Shown here: positions 36,313 to 45,757 of the stretch, piece by piece
Position numbering within the stretch: the first letter of the stretch is position 1
Layout: the number at the start of each line of letters is the position of its first letter
Source of the DNA: Pirellulales bacterium
GTDB taxonomy: Bacteria > Planctomycetota > Planctomycetia > Pirellulales > JALHPA01
DNA: 64,000 nucleotides
Direction: 5' to 3'
NCBI GenBank assembly: GCA_041736895.1
Contig: JBGSSS010000208.1
Location: forward strand, 12,496-76,495
Notes under the pieces: model-generated
The model's database searches: none
Told to the model about the DNA's origin: nothing
The model's input: the letters and a program-made list of their open reading frames with translations, nothing else
Position numbers and translations under genes: made by a program

Positions 36313-38019
36313 ATGAGTTCAGATCAACCGCGTTCGAATCCGTATCAATCACCGCAAGGCGAAGACCCGCATGGTCTCGTGAAGACGGAGCACCGCGATG
36401 GCTGGGGCGATTTCTGGATGCCCAAGATTTGGTGGAAACCGGCTCCGAACGTCGGCGAACAGGCACGGCGGCGCGTCAGCGTCCATCTGATCCCGGTCCT
36501 CTTCACGCTCTACATCATTGCCTACATCGATCGCTCCAACATCAGTTGGGCGTCGATCGAGATGAGCAAGTCCCCGGCCGAGGGCGGCTTGGGCTTGATG
36601 AACGAAACTATCGGTTTTGGCGCGGGAATGTTCTTTTGGAGTTATTGGATTCTTGAAATCCCGAGCACGCTGAGTGTGCTCAAGCGCGGCGCGCGTTGGG
36701 TTTTCATCCGCATCCTATTGCTCTGGGGGATCGCGGCGACGCTGATGGGATTCCTCGGCGATCAAACCGTGATGCCGTTCCTGTTTGGCTGGCTGCCGAA
36801 GTTTGAGACCGAACTGCCAATTCTGGCACCGATTGCGAACTACATCGGCTCGCTGGAAACAAACGCCGCGTATCAGATGTACTTCTTTCGATTTCTCTTG
36901 GGATTGTTTGAAGGCGGCTTCTTTCCAACCGTGATTTTTTATCTATCGATATGGTTTCGAACACAAGATCGAGCCAAGGCAATGGCGCTGTTCCTTGCGG
37001 CCATCCCTTTGGCTTCGGCCTTTGGCGCGCCGCTGAGCAAGAAACTGTTGGAACTCAAGGGGTTCGGCTTAGCCGGCTGGCAGTGGGTCTTCATCGTCCA
37101 GGGGATCATGCCGATCGTCGCGGCGTTTGTCACCGCGTTTGTACTTCCGAATCGCATTAGCGAAGCCAAGTGGCTGCCCCCGGACGAACGCGAACTCTTG
37201 GAAAAAGATCTAGCCGCCGAGCAATCACACGGAAAGCTCAAGCACGGGTTCGCGGGCTTCAAGAGCCAGTTGGGCATCGTTGCGCTTTTGACGCTTGTCT
37301 ACTTCGGACAGAACGTCAGCAGCTATGGACTTTCGACGTTCATGCCCAAGATCTATGAGAATATCCTGCTTGACGACAGCGGCAAGCAACTCGACAAGAC
37401 ATTGCAAGCCGCCAGGCAGGATGTGAAGCTAAAAAAGAACGAAGCCCGCAAGAACTTGCCCGCCAATAGCGAAGCACTCACCGCAGAGTTGACTCGAATC
37501 GATACCGCCAGCAAGCCGGAGCTTGAACGCATGTCCAAAGAACTCACGGTGGCCAAAGAACAGGGCGCAAGTTGGTTGTTCATTTTAACTAGTGCGACCT
37601 ATGTCATTGCGTTCTTTGGAATGCTCTACAACGGTCATCATTCGGACAAGCGCGGCGAACGCGTGTGGCATGTGGCGGTTCCGCTCGTCATTTTGGGAAT
37701 CTTCATCGCGCTGGCGGGGCTGACGTTTACCAATATGTGGTTGGGCGGAGCGATCTTGCTGTTCGGCGTCGGGTTCTTTCACTACATGCACTTGCCAGCG
37801 TTTTGGCCGATCCCGACGATGTTTCTCGGCTCGACAGCCGCGGCATCGGCGATTGGGTTCATCAATATGATTGGCAACTTGGGCGGCTCGGTTGGACAGA
37901 TTCTTGTTGGCGAATTGGCGGATACAAGCTTCTCCACGGCCATGCTCACGCTTGCCCCGTTTCCGATTGTTTCTGGCTTGATCGTGTTGGGAATTGGCAT
38001 GAAGAAGCACAAAGCGTAG
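36313..38019 (+). CDS. MFS transporter (anion:cation symporter-like) with a long hydrophilic coiled insertion
   Basis: About 12 TM helices and the MFS motif YIDRSNIS. ATG 36313 is preferred (track start 36202). A K/E-rich loop is encoded at about 37360-37560. Confidence 0.75.
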   Translation: MSSDQPRSNPYQSPQGEDPHGLVKTEHRDGWGDFWMPKIWWKPAPNVGEQARRRVSVHLIPVLFTLYIIAYIDRSNISWASIEMSKSPAEGGLGLMNETIGFGAGMFFWSYWILEIPSTLSVLKRGARWVFIRILLLWGIAATLMGFLGDQTVMPFLFGWLPKFETELPILAPIANYIGSLETNAAYQMYFFRFLLGLFEGGFFPTVIFYLSIWFRTQDRAKAMALFLAAIPLASAFGAPLSKKLLELKGFGLAGWQWVFIVQGIMPIVAAFVTAFVLPNRISEAKWLPPDERELLEKDLAAEQSHGKLKHGFAGFKSQLGIVALLTLVYFGQNVSSYGLSTFMPKIYENILLDDSGKQLDKTLQAARQDVKLKKNEARKNLPANSEALTAELTRIDTASKPELERMSKELTVAKEQGASWLFILTSATYVIAFFGMLYNGHHSDKRGERVWHVAVPLVILGIFIALAGLTFTNMWLGGAILLFGVGFFHYMHLPAFWPIPTMFLGSTAAASAIGFINMIGNLGGSVGQILVGELADTSFSTAMLTLAPFPIVSGLIVLGIGMKKHKA

Positions 38020-38133
38020 TTGCCAGGCATTTCGTGAAAACGAAAACGAGTTAGCCACAAAGTCGCAACAATCGAGTAAATTAAGGCGAACGACTTTGGG
38101 TCCGTTCTCGTCTCGCATTAGCTTATCCGCAGC

Positions 38134-39771
38134 ATGTACCTTCTCGAAAATCCCGTCCTGCAGCGCGAATTGCTGGTGAACCTGCGCACCTGGCGGGCGT
38201 TCCTGCTGCTCTTCGCCTATAACGCGCTGCTCGGCACGGTCGTGTTGTTGGCCTGGCCGCAGGAAACGCGGATCAATCTCAGCACCGATCCGGAAAAGGC
38301 CAAGAACCTGGTCAATTTGTTTTTCCTCGGCCAGTACATGCTTGTGTCGCTGATGTCGCCAAGCTTCGCCGCCGGGGCGATCACCGGTGAGAAGGAACGC
38401 AAGACCTACGAGTCGCTCCTCGCCAGCCCGCTGAAGCCGGCGGCGATTGTGCTAGGCAAACTGATGGCGTCGCTCGCGCACTTGGCCGTGCTGATGCTTT
38501 CGTCGCTGCCGATCGTCATGCTCTGTCTGCCGCTCGGCGGTGTGTCGTTGTACGAAGTGCTGACGGTCTACTTGGGTCTCATGATGTCGGTCGTGTTGTT
38601 CGGCATGGTGAGTATCGCGTGCAGCAGTTACTTCGCCCGCACATCGTCGGCGCTCGTCGTGTCGTATCTCTTGATTCTGCCGATGTCGCTCTTGGGTGTC
38701 TTGGTTTGGAATCTGTTCGGCAGCAATGGCGAACTGCGTTTGATCGCGATCCTGACGATCTTCCCGATCCTTTGCTTTTTGATCGGCGGGATTTTGTTTC
38801 GGTTGACGACGCAGCGGTTGCTCCGCCCGCCGGATGTCGGCAGCGAAGGCAAGGACGTGATCGACGCCGAAGCCGAGAACCGCCAAGCCGTGGGACTCGT
38901 GATCAACCGCGACCGCTTTCCGGACAATCTCTTTGCCCCGGCGAAGCGGACGAAGCTGCTCGAAGACGGGGCGAATCCGGTTTACGACAAGGAAATCCGG
39001 AGCGAGATTTTCGCCCAGGGCACGCTCATGCTGCGCGTCGTGATCCAGGTCAGCATGCTCCTGGCACTGCCGCTGATGTGCGTTGCGCTCTTCATCTGGC
39101 CGCAATATTCGCCGTGGTATATCGCTTACGTCGTACTCTTCAATATGCTCGTCGGCCCCGTCTTTTCGGCCGGGAGCATGACGAGCGAACGCGAACGCGA
39201 GACGCTCGATCTGTTGCTGACGACGATTCTCAGTCCGACGAGCATTCTCTGGGGGAAACTCTTCTCTGGCTTGCGTGTGTCGAGCGTCTTGACGATGTTT
39301 TTGCTCTGGCCGCTGCTCTTGGCGATTGTCATGACGCTGTTCGAGTCGTCGCCGTTTTACATCCGCAATTGGCTGGTGACACTGGCCTATTTAGCCGTTT
39401 ATGTGCTCACTTGCATCACCACCGCGTCGATCGCGCTCTGTTGTTCGGTTCTCTTTCGCCGCACGGCAACGGCCATGATGATGTCGTATACGGCGATCTT
39501 GGCTTTGTTTACGCTGCCGTTGGCGCTGGCGTACTTCGCGAACAATTTCTTCGCGGGCACAAACTTCGCCCGCGTGGCCGAAGGTCTTAGCGTCGTGAGT
39601 CCCTTCGCCGCGCTGTTTCACCTGCCGATCAGCATGCCGGATGCCAGTTCATCGGTCGCGGGAAGCTGGCCGTTTTTCGCGGCGTATCTTACTTGCACAT
39701 CCCTGCTGCTCGGCGGGCTGTGGTTGGTGATGCTTCTGCTCTTCCAATATCGCTGGCGGCTGAGCGATTGA
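38134..39771 (+). CDS. ABC-2-type transporter permease (duplicated, about 12 TM); no adjacent ATPase gene
   Basis: 545-aa polytopic ORF with ABC-2 permease-like N-terminal topology. Confidence 0.55.
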   Translation: MYLLENPVLQRELLVNLRTWRAFLLLFAYNALLGTVVLLAWPQETRINLSTDPEKAKNLVNLFFLGQYMLVSLMSPSFAAGAITGEKERKTYESLLASPLKPAAIVLGKLMASLAHLAVLMLSSLPIVMLCLPLGGVSLYEVLTVYLGLMMSVVLFGMVSIACSSYFARTSSALVVSYLLILPMSLLGVLVWNLFGSNGELRLIAILTIFPILCFLIGGILFRLTTQRLLRPPDVGSEGKDVIDAEAENRQAVGLVINRDRFPDNLFAPAKRTKLLEDGANPVYDKEIRSEIFAQGTLMLRVVIQVSMLLALPLMCVALFIWPQYSPWYIAYVVLFNMLVGPVFSAGSMTSERERETLDLLLTTILSPTSILWGKLFSGLRVSSVLTMFLLWPLLLAIVMTLFESSPFYIRNWLVTLAYLAVYVLTCITTASIALCCSVLFRRTATAMMMSYTAILALFTLPLALAYFANNFFAGTNFARVAEGLSVVSPFAALFHLPISMPDASSSVAGSWPFFAAYLTCTSLLLGGLWLVMLLLFQYRWRLSD

Positions 39772-39778
39772 TTTCAGA

Positions 39779-39952
39779 TTTTTGCCACTGATGATCACTG
39801 ATGAATACGGATATTCACTGATCTGAAAGAATTCAAAACAGCTCTCATTTTCTGGCACGAATATTCAAATACTCCCTGGCTTACGCCTCGGGCTTCCATA
39901 TTTCTGCTGATCCGTGAAAATCCGTTACTTCCGTGCTGATCAGTGGCAAAAA
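39779..39952. repeat. MITE-like element with CACTGAT/CACGGAT-word inverted arms
   Basis: The left arm reads TTTTTGCCACTGATGATCACTGATGAATACGGATATTCACTGATCTG. The right arm reads CTGCTGATCCGTGAAAATCCGTTACTTCCGTGCTGATCAGTGGCAAAAA. Confidence 0.8.
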
Positions 39953-40276
39953 TTATTCGACAACACGTCCCAGCCCCCGCAGTTGTTCGATCGTAAAGAT
40001 CCCGCTGTTATGGCCGTCGCTGAAGTCGATGGCGTACGCGTAATTTCCCACCGGTCGCAGCGCCGCAATGCGCAGCGGGGCCGCTTCACGCGGATCGATG
40101 ACCGAGAGCAGCGGTTTCGGCTTGGGGTTTTGCCGCGCGGCGTTGCAATGCGCGCAGGGACACTCTTCGCGCAGTTGCCGAATCGCATACTCCCGCCGCT
40201 CGCCATCGCTCCAGACGATGAGGAGTTGCTTCTGTTCGGTCAGGGCGATTTCGAGGGGTTGGGCGTCGGGGGTCAT
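39953..40276 (-). CDS. DUF971 (gamma-butyrobetaine hydroxylase-like N-terminal domain) protein
   Basis: 107 aa containing LLIVWSDGERREYAIRQLREECPCAHC...VGNYAYAIDFSDGHNSGIFT. Confidence 0.7.
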   Translation of the reverse strand: MTPDAQPLEIALTEQKQLLIVWSDGERREYAIRQLREECPCAHCNAARQNPKPKPLLSVIDPREAAPLRIAALRPVGNYAYAIDFSDGHNSGIFTIEQLRGLGRVVE

Positions 40277-40357
40277 CTAGTGCAACTTAGAAGAATTCAA
40301 AAGTACGATGTTTGATCATAGTTCTACTCGTTGTAGAATAGCATTAGGAGAACAATC

Positions 40358-40534
40358 ATGAAATTCAAGATCGCGCTTTATCCATCGGAAGAAGGTTACG
40401 CCGTCGGCGTTCCAAGTTTGCCGGGCTGTTGGTCGCAAGGAAAAACAATTCCCGAGGCGCTGGAGAATATCAAGATCGCGATTCAGGAATATCTTGGGAC
40501 CGAGATCGAGGCAAAAGGCGTGGAAGTAGGTTAA
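40358..40534 (+). CDS. HicB-like / UPF0150-family small protein (type II antitoxin fold)
   Basis: 58-aa ORF, too short for the track: MKFKIALYPSEEGYAVGVPSLPGCWSQGKTIPEALENIKIAIQEYLGTEIEAKGVEVG. GGAG lies 8 nt upstream. No hicA was found nearby. Confidence 0.65.
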   Translation: MKFKIALYPSEEGYAVGVPSLPGCWSQGKTIPEALENIKIAIQEYLGTEIEAKGVEVG

Positions 40535-40582
40535 ATCAGCTCACGATTAAATTGCAGATGTTACTCAAGGTACGAATGCTAA

Positions 40583-41098
40583 ATGAAGTCTTGGATTGAA
40601 ATGTCGAATAGTGAAGAACAGTATATTTGGACTCAAATAGATCTGCGATTGATATTTAATCCTGATATTTCTGTTGATAGTTTTCCAGGCATTCGTGAGC
40701 CTGATCCATCACGAACGTACGATATTTCTCAAGTCTACAATTCTGGTGAGGAACATTTCATACATTGTGAAAATGATTTGAATTTGAAGATTCTAAAAGC
40801 ACTACGAGAATGCCTTTCCGAGATGGAACCAGTTTATGCGCTTGATTGGCAACATGCCTGCTACTGGTTTTTTCCGCACGTTGAATTTGAGGCAAATAAT
40901 CCTGATGCTTGGAGTGTGCCAGTCATTCCCAATGGGGATTATTATATTTTTGTGACAGCAGATTTGCGATTAGGAATATTCGGTCATCCTTGGGCCAAGA
41001 CAATCAGCGTTTGGGGGCAAAAATTTCTCAATGTGTTACAAAAAGACACTCCAATATTGTTCCAGCATATAATTCGCAAAAATGGCTTGGCAGTTTAA
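40583..41098 (+). CDS. DUF2716-like hypothetical protein
   Basis: 171-aa ORF that is AT-rich with A/T-ending codons. The motif YALDWQHACYWFFPH...PNGDYYIFVTADLRLGIFGHPW recalls DUF2716. Confidence 0.45.
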   Translation: MKSWIEMSNSEEQYIWTQIDLRLIFNPDISVDSFPGIREPDPSRTYDISQVYNSGEEHFIHCENDLNLKILKALRECLSEMEPVYALDWQHACYWFFPHVEFEANNPDAWSVPVIPNGDYYIFVTADLRLGIFGHPWAKTISVWGQKFLNVLQKDTPILFQHIIRKNGLAV

Positions 41099-42492
41099 TG
41101 ATTTGAGCGAGCTCGTTGATCAATCCACCGCTTCCCCTTCCCTTCGAAGCGTGGCAGTGAATCCGCCTCGACCGGAAAGACATCAATCTTGAGCCCCAGC
41201 CGCGAGCGGAGTGTTTCGGCGATGTGGTGCGCTGCGGCAGCGGAGCCTTCGACTTCAAGCGTGACCTGATCCATCGCTTGCTGCGTCGTCACGGTGACGC
41301 GGTATTCGGCGATGTCGGGGAATTCGCGGACAACGGCGTCGATCGAGCTGGGAAAGATATTCACGCCGCGGATGACGAGCATGTCGTCGGCGCGGCCTAG
41401 GATGCCGCCGTCGAGAAAGACATACCCCGGCTCGTTGACCGCGGGATTGCGCGCGCGGACCAAGTCCTGCGTGCGATAACGCAAGCAAGGACAGCCGCGC
41501 CGCCCAAGGCACGTGAGCACCAATTCCGCGAGCTCGCCCGGCGCGGCGGGTGTGTCCGTGCCGGGTTGAAAGAACTCGGCAATGAAGTCGCTTTCGATAA
41601 TCGACAGTCCGCGGCCGGCACGATCGCCATTACCCCAGGGGCCGACTTCGGTTGCGCCGGCGTGGTCATGAACATGCGCTTGCCAAAGGCTCGCGATGCG
41701 CTGGCGCACGCTCGGAATCGAGCCGCCCGGCTCGCCGGCGAGGACCAATTGGCGAATCCCGAGCGTGGCCACGTTCAAGCCGTGACTCGCGCCGACTTCG
41801 GCCATGCGGAGCGCGTAGCTAGGCGTGCAAAAAATCACGTCGGCCCCGTTCGCCCGGGCCATTTCCAAACGAGCCAGTGTACTCAACCCGCCGCCGGGGA
41901 GCAGCAAGCAGCCGCGCTCGACGGCCGCGTCAAAAGCACTCCAAAACCCGATGAACGGGCCAAACGAAAACGCCATCAAGACGCGATCACCCGCACGAAC
42001 ATCAGCCGCCTCGAAGATTGACTGCCAAACATTCATCCACCAGCGCCAATCGCCGCGCGTTTCCAGAACGACCACCGGCCGGCCATGCGTGCCGCTGGTT
42101 TGATGGTAGCGCGCGTAGCGTTCGGTTGGCCAGGTTTGGTTGACGGCCAACATGCCAGGCTGCGGTGTTGCCGTGAAATCTTGCTTCGTGGTGAATGGCA
42201 AGCGGGCGAACTCGGCCAGCGAGGCGAGCGGCAATTTTAGCCCGGCGAACTTCTCCGCATAGAACCGATTCGCGGGCAAGATGTCCGCGAGCAAGGCGTT
42301 GAGCTGCTGCAGTTGCAGCTTTTCCAACTCCGCGCGCGGAAGCGCTTCGAGGTGGCGGCGTTCGGCGGCAGAGTCGAGCGGAGGGTTCACGAATTCGGAA
42401 ATTGTCGAGAGCGAGGAGGCGTCTGGGTGCCAGTGTGAATTTAAGGTGAACCACGAAGGAATAACACTGGCAGAGCCAGTGGCACCGTTCAC
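41095..42492 (-). CDS. Phenylacetate-CoA ligase / coenzyme F390 synthetase-like adenylate-forming enzyme
   Basis: PaaK-family features are present (YHQTSGTHGRP..., ...GATEVGPWG..., DMLVIRGVNIFP). The start is uncertain: the track start is a GTG inside a repeat, and GTG 42390 is an alternative. Confidence 0.78.
   Translation of the reverse strand: MNGATGSASVIPSWFTLNSHWHPDASSLSTISEFVNPPLDSAAERRHLEALPRAELEKLQLQQLNALLADILPANRFYAEKFAGLKLPLASLAEFARLPFTTKQDFTATPQPGMLAVNQTWPTERYARYHQTSGTHGRPVVVLETRGDWRWWMNVWQSIFEAADVRAGDRVLMAFSFGPFIGFWSAFDAAVERGCLLLPGGGLSTLARLEMARANGADVIFCTPSYALRMAEVGASHGLNVATLGIRQLVLAGEPGGSIPSVRQRIASLWQAHVHDHAGATEVGPWGNGDRAGRGLSIIESDFIAEFFQPGTDTPAAPGELAELVLTCLGRRGCPCLRYRTQDLVRARNPAVNEPGYVFLDGGILGRADDMLVIRGVNIFPSSIDAVVREFPDIAEYRVTVTTQQAMDQVTLEVEGSAAAAHHIAETLRSRLGLKIDVFPVEADSLPRFEGKGKRWIDQRARSNH
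42426..42486. repeat. CACTGGC-NNN-GCCAGTG hairpin unit with a partner half-site
   Basis: Reads ACACTGGCAGAGCCAGTGGCACC (42464-42486). GGTGCCAGTGT occurs at 42426-42436. Confidence 0.7.
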
Positions 42493-42560
42493 CTAATCCA
42501 ATAACCGCTGGGCAAGCATCGTCAGTTGACTATGATAGAGCGAACTTAGCTGCCTGCCAA

Positions 42561-43919
42561 ATGATGCCAGCTCAACAAATGCCCCTGAACACTATGCCAG
42601 ATTCTCCGCCAGAGACGAATCCCTACGAGCCACCGCAAGCAGTTCCCGTTGCCGGGATCACCGAACCGACGCGCGGATCGTTGTTGGTCTTGTTCCTGGT
42701 CGTTTTTATCGACCTGCTTGGGTTTGGCATGGTCTTGCCATTGCTGCCGAATTACGCACGGCTCTACAACGCCTCCGGTTTGACGATTGGGCTGTTGATG
42801 GCGAGTTTCTCGGCGATGCAATTTTTCTTTGCGCCGTTATGGGGGATGCTCTCGGATCGCATCGGCCGTCGGCCGGTGCTGATGGTCGGGCTGCTGGGAT
42901 CGGTCATCAGTTACTCGCTGTTCGCCGTGGCGTCGATTCAAGAGAGCCTGATCCTGCTCTTCATCTCGCGCATCGGCGCTGGCATCGCCGGGGCGACGAT
43001 CCCAACGGCGCAGGCCTACATCGCCGATTGCACATCGCTCAAGGGGCGCGCTCACGGGATGGCCTTGATCGGCGCGGCGTTTGGGCTGGGCTTCACGTTC
43101 GGACCGTTGTTTGGCTACTTCGCCGTGCAAAATGAAAACGATGCGCCGGGTCCGGGGCCTGGTTACGCCGCGGCGATTTTGTCGGCCTGCGCACTAGTGT
43201 TTGCCTACTTTTCGCTGAGCGAATCGCTTAGCCCCGAAAGCCGCAGCGAAAACGCAGCCGAACGGCGGCGCTGGTGGGATGGGTCATCGTGGCGCGTCGC
43301 GTTGGCGACGCCGTCGCTGGGCTTGCTGCTGATCTCGACGTTTGTCTGCGTCTTTGCGTTCGCCAATTTCGAAGCGACGCTCTCACTGCTGCTCAAAGGC
43401 AGCAGCAACGAACGCAGCGTTGACACCGGCTTTGGGTTCACTTATCGCGAGGTGCTGCTGACGTTCACCTTCATTGGCTTTTCGCTTTTGCTGGTTCAGG
43501 GCGGCCTCGTCCGGCGGCTCTCCAAGAAAATCAGCGAGACCAAGCTAACCACGATCGGCACTGTGTTGCAAATCATCGGCTTCGGCGGCATGCTCGGGGC
43601 GATTCACAGCGAATCGGTTTGGCTGCTGTTCACGTCGCTGTTTTTTGTCGTCAGCGGTTTTTCGTTTGTCACGCCGGCGCTCAATTCACTGATCTCACGC
43701 CGCAGCGATCCGGCGCAACAAGGCCGTATCCTCGGCGTGAGTCAAAGTGTGAATTCGCTCGCGCGGATTCTTGGGCCGCTCGTCGGCAATATTCTTTTGG
43801 TCCAGCAACTCGACTCGCCGTATTTGCTAGCGCTGGTGTTGATCGCTGTCGGCGGGGGACTTGTTTTAGTCGCCGGACGACAGGGGAAAGATTTTCCGGC
43901 GACTGAAAAAGAAAAATAG
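42561..43919 (+). CDS. MFS transporter (DHA1/tetracycline-resistance-like)
   Basis: 452 aa with 12 TM helices and motif A (GMLSDRIGRRPVL). Confidence 0.85.
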   Translation: MMPAQQMPLNTMPDSPPETNPYEPPQAVPVAGITEPTRGSLLVLFLVVFIDLLGFGMVLPLLPNYARLYNASGLTIGLLMASFSAMQFFFAPLWGMLSDRIGRRPVLMVGLLGSVISYSLFAVASIQESLILLFISRIGAGIAGATIPTAQAYIADCTSLKGRAHGMALIGAAFGLGFTFGPLFGYFAVQNENDAPGPGPGYAAAILSACALVFAYFSLSESLSPESRSENAAERRRWWDGSSWRVALATPSLGLLLISTFVCVFAFANFEATLSLLLKGSSNERSVDTGFGFTYREVLLTFTFIGFSLLLVQGGLVRRLSKKISETKLTTIGTVLQIIGFGGMLGAIHSESVWLLFTSLFFVVSGFSFVTPALNSLISRRSDPAQQGRILGVSQSVNSLARILGPLVGNILLVQQLDSPYLLALVLIAVGGGLVLVAGRQGKDFPATEKEK

Positions 43920-44248
43920 TAGTCCGTAGCGCTAGCTAGGGCGACAAAATACAGAATGCCTCAACACGGAGAAACGGAGAAAAATTCAGAGCGGCACAGA
44001 GGAGAGTCATGAGAATTACAGATTATGAGGCAAGGCCAAAGAGAATGGCAGAAGAATGAAGGCAGGAGAATTGCTAAGAATTATTCTTCTGCCTTCATTC
44101 TTCTGCCTCAAACTCTTATCTCGCTAAGACGAAGCAGCGAGGCGGTTCGTGTGCAAGAGCTGCGCGCGTTTATTCTCTTTTGTTCCGCTACTGTCTCTTG
44201 CAATGAAAGTTTTTTGTCGCCCTCGCTAACGCTACGGGCTACAAAAAA
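43919..44248. repeat. 330-bp nested composite palindrome filling a convergent intergenic gap
   Basis: The outer arms are GTAGTCCGTAGCGCTAGCTAGGGCGACAAAAT (43919-43950) and TTTTTTGTCGCCCTCGCTAACGCTACGGGCTAC (44210-44248). The inner hairpin GGCAGAAGAATGAAGGCAGG...CCTGCCTTCATTCTTCTGCC spans 44047-44108. Confidence 0.85.
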
Positions 44249-44250
44249 CA

Positions 44251-45312
44251 TTACTTCGCCATGATGATGCGCTGGCCGTTTTGCAAAATGATCGTATTTC
44301 CGCCGCGGAAGCCGTTCTTGATGTGCTCAGGCTTCCATTCGCCGAGCTTCGCTTCTTTGTCGAGCGTTTGCTCGCCGCGCTTGATCTTGAGCTTGACGAC
44401 GTCGCCGCCCGATTTTTCCGAGATCAGCTTCGTCAGATCACTGAAGCTCTCGACTTCTTTCCCGTCGATACTGACGACGACATCTTCAGGTTCGATCCCG
44501 GCTGCCGCGGCGGCCGAATCGGGTTGCACCGAGTTAACCATGCAGCCGTTGCCGCCGATCTGATCGCCCGAGATGCCCAGCATGCCGCCGTTGCGGCGGT
44601 CGATGCGGGTGTATGGCATCACGTTTTGAAGTTTCGCGAGGCCGTCATTGCTGAGTTTGGTCGCGTACAAATTCAACGCAGCGAGGTCCTTGAGTTCGCT
44701 TAACGTCTGCAATTGCGTTTCATTGAAGACGGGACCAAAGACGCTCAGTGAACGCAGCGAAGGCAAACTCCGCAGCAGACGTAGATCATTGTCGGTTCCT
44801 TTCCAGCTTTCTTGCTTGATGATGATGGAGAGATAACTGAGTTCGCCGTTTTCATCAACGCCTTCGTCAACGACTTCGGCACCGAGCGCCTTGACCTTAT
44901 CGAGAGACTTGCGTTGTTTGAGCAGGCGTGTCTGTTCGAGGGCCAAGTCCGCGCGCTGCGCGGACCAAGTATTTTGTTGCCGCGCGATTTGACTGAGGGC
45001 TTGCTCCGCCGCGTCGGAAACTGCTTCTTCGCTATCAAGCATTTGCTCGAGCGCGCCCAAACTTCGATGTGCTTGTTCCAAACTCTTGGAAGTCGCGGCT
45101 TGCGTCAGCCGATCGATCGCAGGCAGGCCGATCTTCACTAGCGCCGTGCTGGCGCGATCGCGAATGGCAAACTCGTTGGCATCCAGATCGGCGATTAGTT
45201 GATCGAGCTTTTCGGGAGTGATCTCGGCCGCTGGTTCCGCAGCCGTCAAGGAGGCCATGCAGCCCAAGGCCAACAAGAAACCGAGCGTCAAGCGAGTGAG
45301 CAATTGTGGCAT
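44251..45312 (-). CDS. Secreted protein with helical-repeat, leucine-rich-repeat-like and C-terminal PDZ domains
   Basis: Has a signal peptide (MPQLLTRLTLGFLLALGCMASLTAA), an LRR-like segment (LRLLRSLPSLRSLSVFGP...LSELKDLAALNLYATKL) and a PDZ domain (GMLGISG...AAAAAGIEPEDVVVSIDGKEV). Confidence 0.7.
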   Translation of the reverse strand: MPQLLTRLTLGFLLALGCMASLTAAEPAAEITPEKLDQLIADLDANEFAIRDRASTALVKIGLPAIDRLTQAATSKSLEQAHRSLGALEQMLDSEEAVSDAAEQALSQIARQQNTWSAQRADLALEQTRLLKQRKSLDKVKALGAEVVDEGVDENGELSYLSIIIKQESWKGTDNDLRLLRSLPSLRSLSVFGPVFNETQLQTLSELKDLAALNLYATKLSNDGLAKLQNVMPYTRIDRRNGGMLGISGDQIGGNGCMVNSVQPDSAAAAAGIEPEDVVVSIDGKEVESFSDLTKLISEKSGGDVVKLKIKRGEQTLDKEAKLGEWKPEHIKNGFRGGNTIILQNGQRIIMAK

Positions 45313-45491
45313 CGTAGAGAATCCTTTGGGAAATCGATCCGGCCGCCGCGCGGAAGCGCAGCGGACGAGAGCATGAATCCACACTCGAATTATAGCATTC
45401 CCCTGCGGTTCGGAACCAAGAGCATTCCGCGGGGAAATTTGCGGATTTGCGGATTTTCGCAAAGTTTTGTCGCGATTTGATGTGAATTTAA

Positions 45492-45673
45492 GAGCCTATC
45501 CCACAATCGATTGGCCAATGAAACGCAGGTGATAGGCAAGAGAATGAAGGCAGAAGAATAAATAAGAAACATTCTCTTGCCATCATTCTCCTGCCTATTT
45601 TCGGCTGAAGTTCGCGTTACGTTGGCATTCTCTTTTATTTAGCTAGTGATGAAACCGGTTATGGGATAGGCCC
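45492..45673. repeat. Composite element: GAGCCTATCCCA/TGGGATAGGCCC outer inverted repeat enclosing a GGCAAGAGAATGAAGGCAGAAGAAT hairpin
   Basis: The outer arms are 45492-45503 and 45662-45673. The inner hairpin is 45535-45595. Confidence 0.8.
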
Positions 45674-45757
45674 TAAATAAAGATCTGGACTCGGTTTGCC
45701 TGCGAATTGCTGGCACCGAAAGCGAGCGCGGCAGTATATTGAATCACTGGAGCGACG

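Noticed and set aside
36325-36350. GCGTTCGAATCCG, which resembles a tRNA T-loop.
   Set aside because: The flanking bases do not form a T-stem, no acceptor or anticodon arms can be drawn, and the sequence lies inside the MFS coding frame.
39848-39868. TGGCAC-GAATA-TTCAA on the plus strand inside the 39779-39952 element, considered as a possible sigma-54 promoter.
   Set aside because: The -12 GC is absent (TTCAA). The nearest plus-strand gene is 490 bp away, behind a minus-strand gene.
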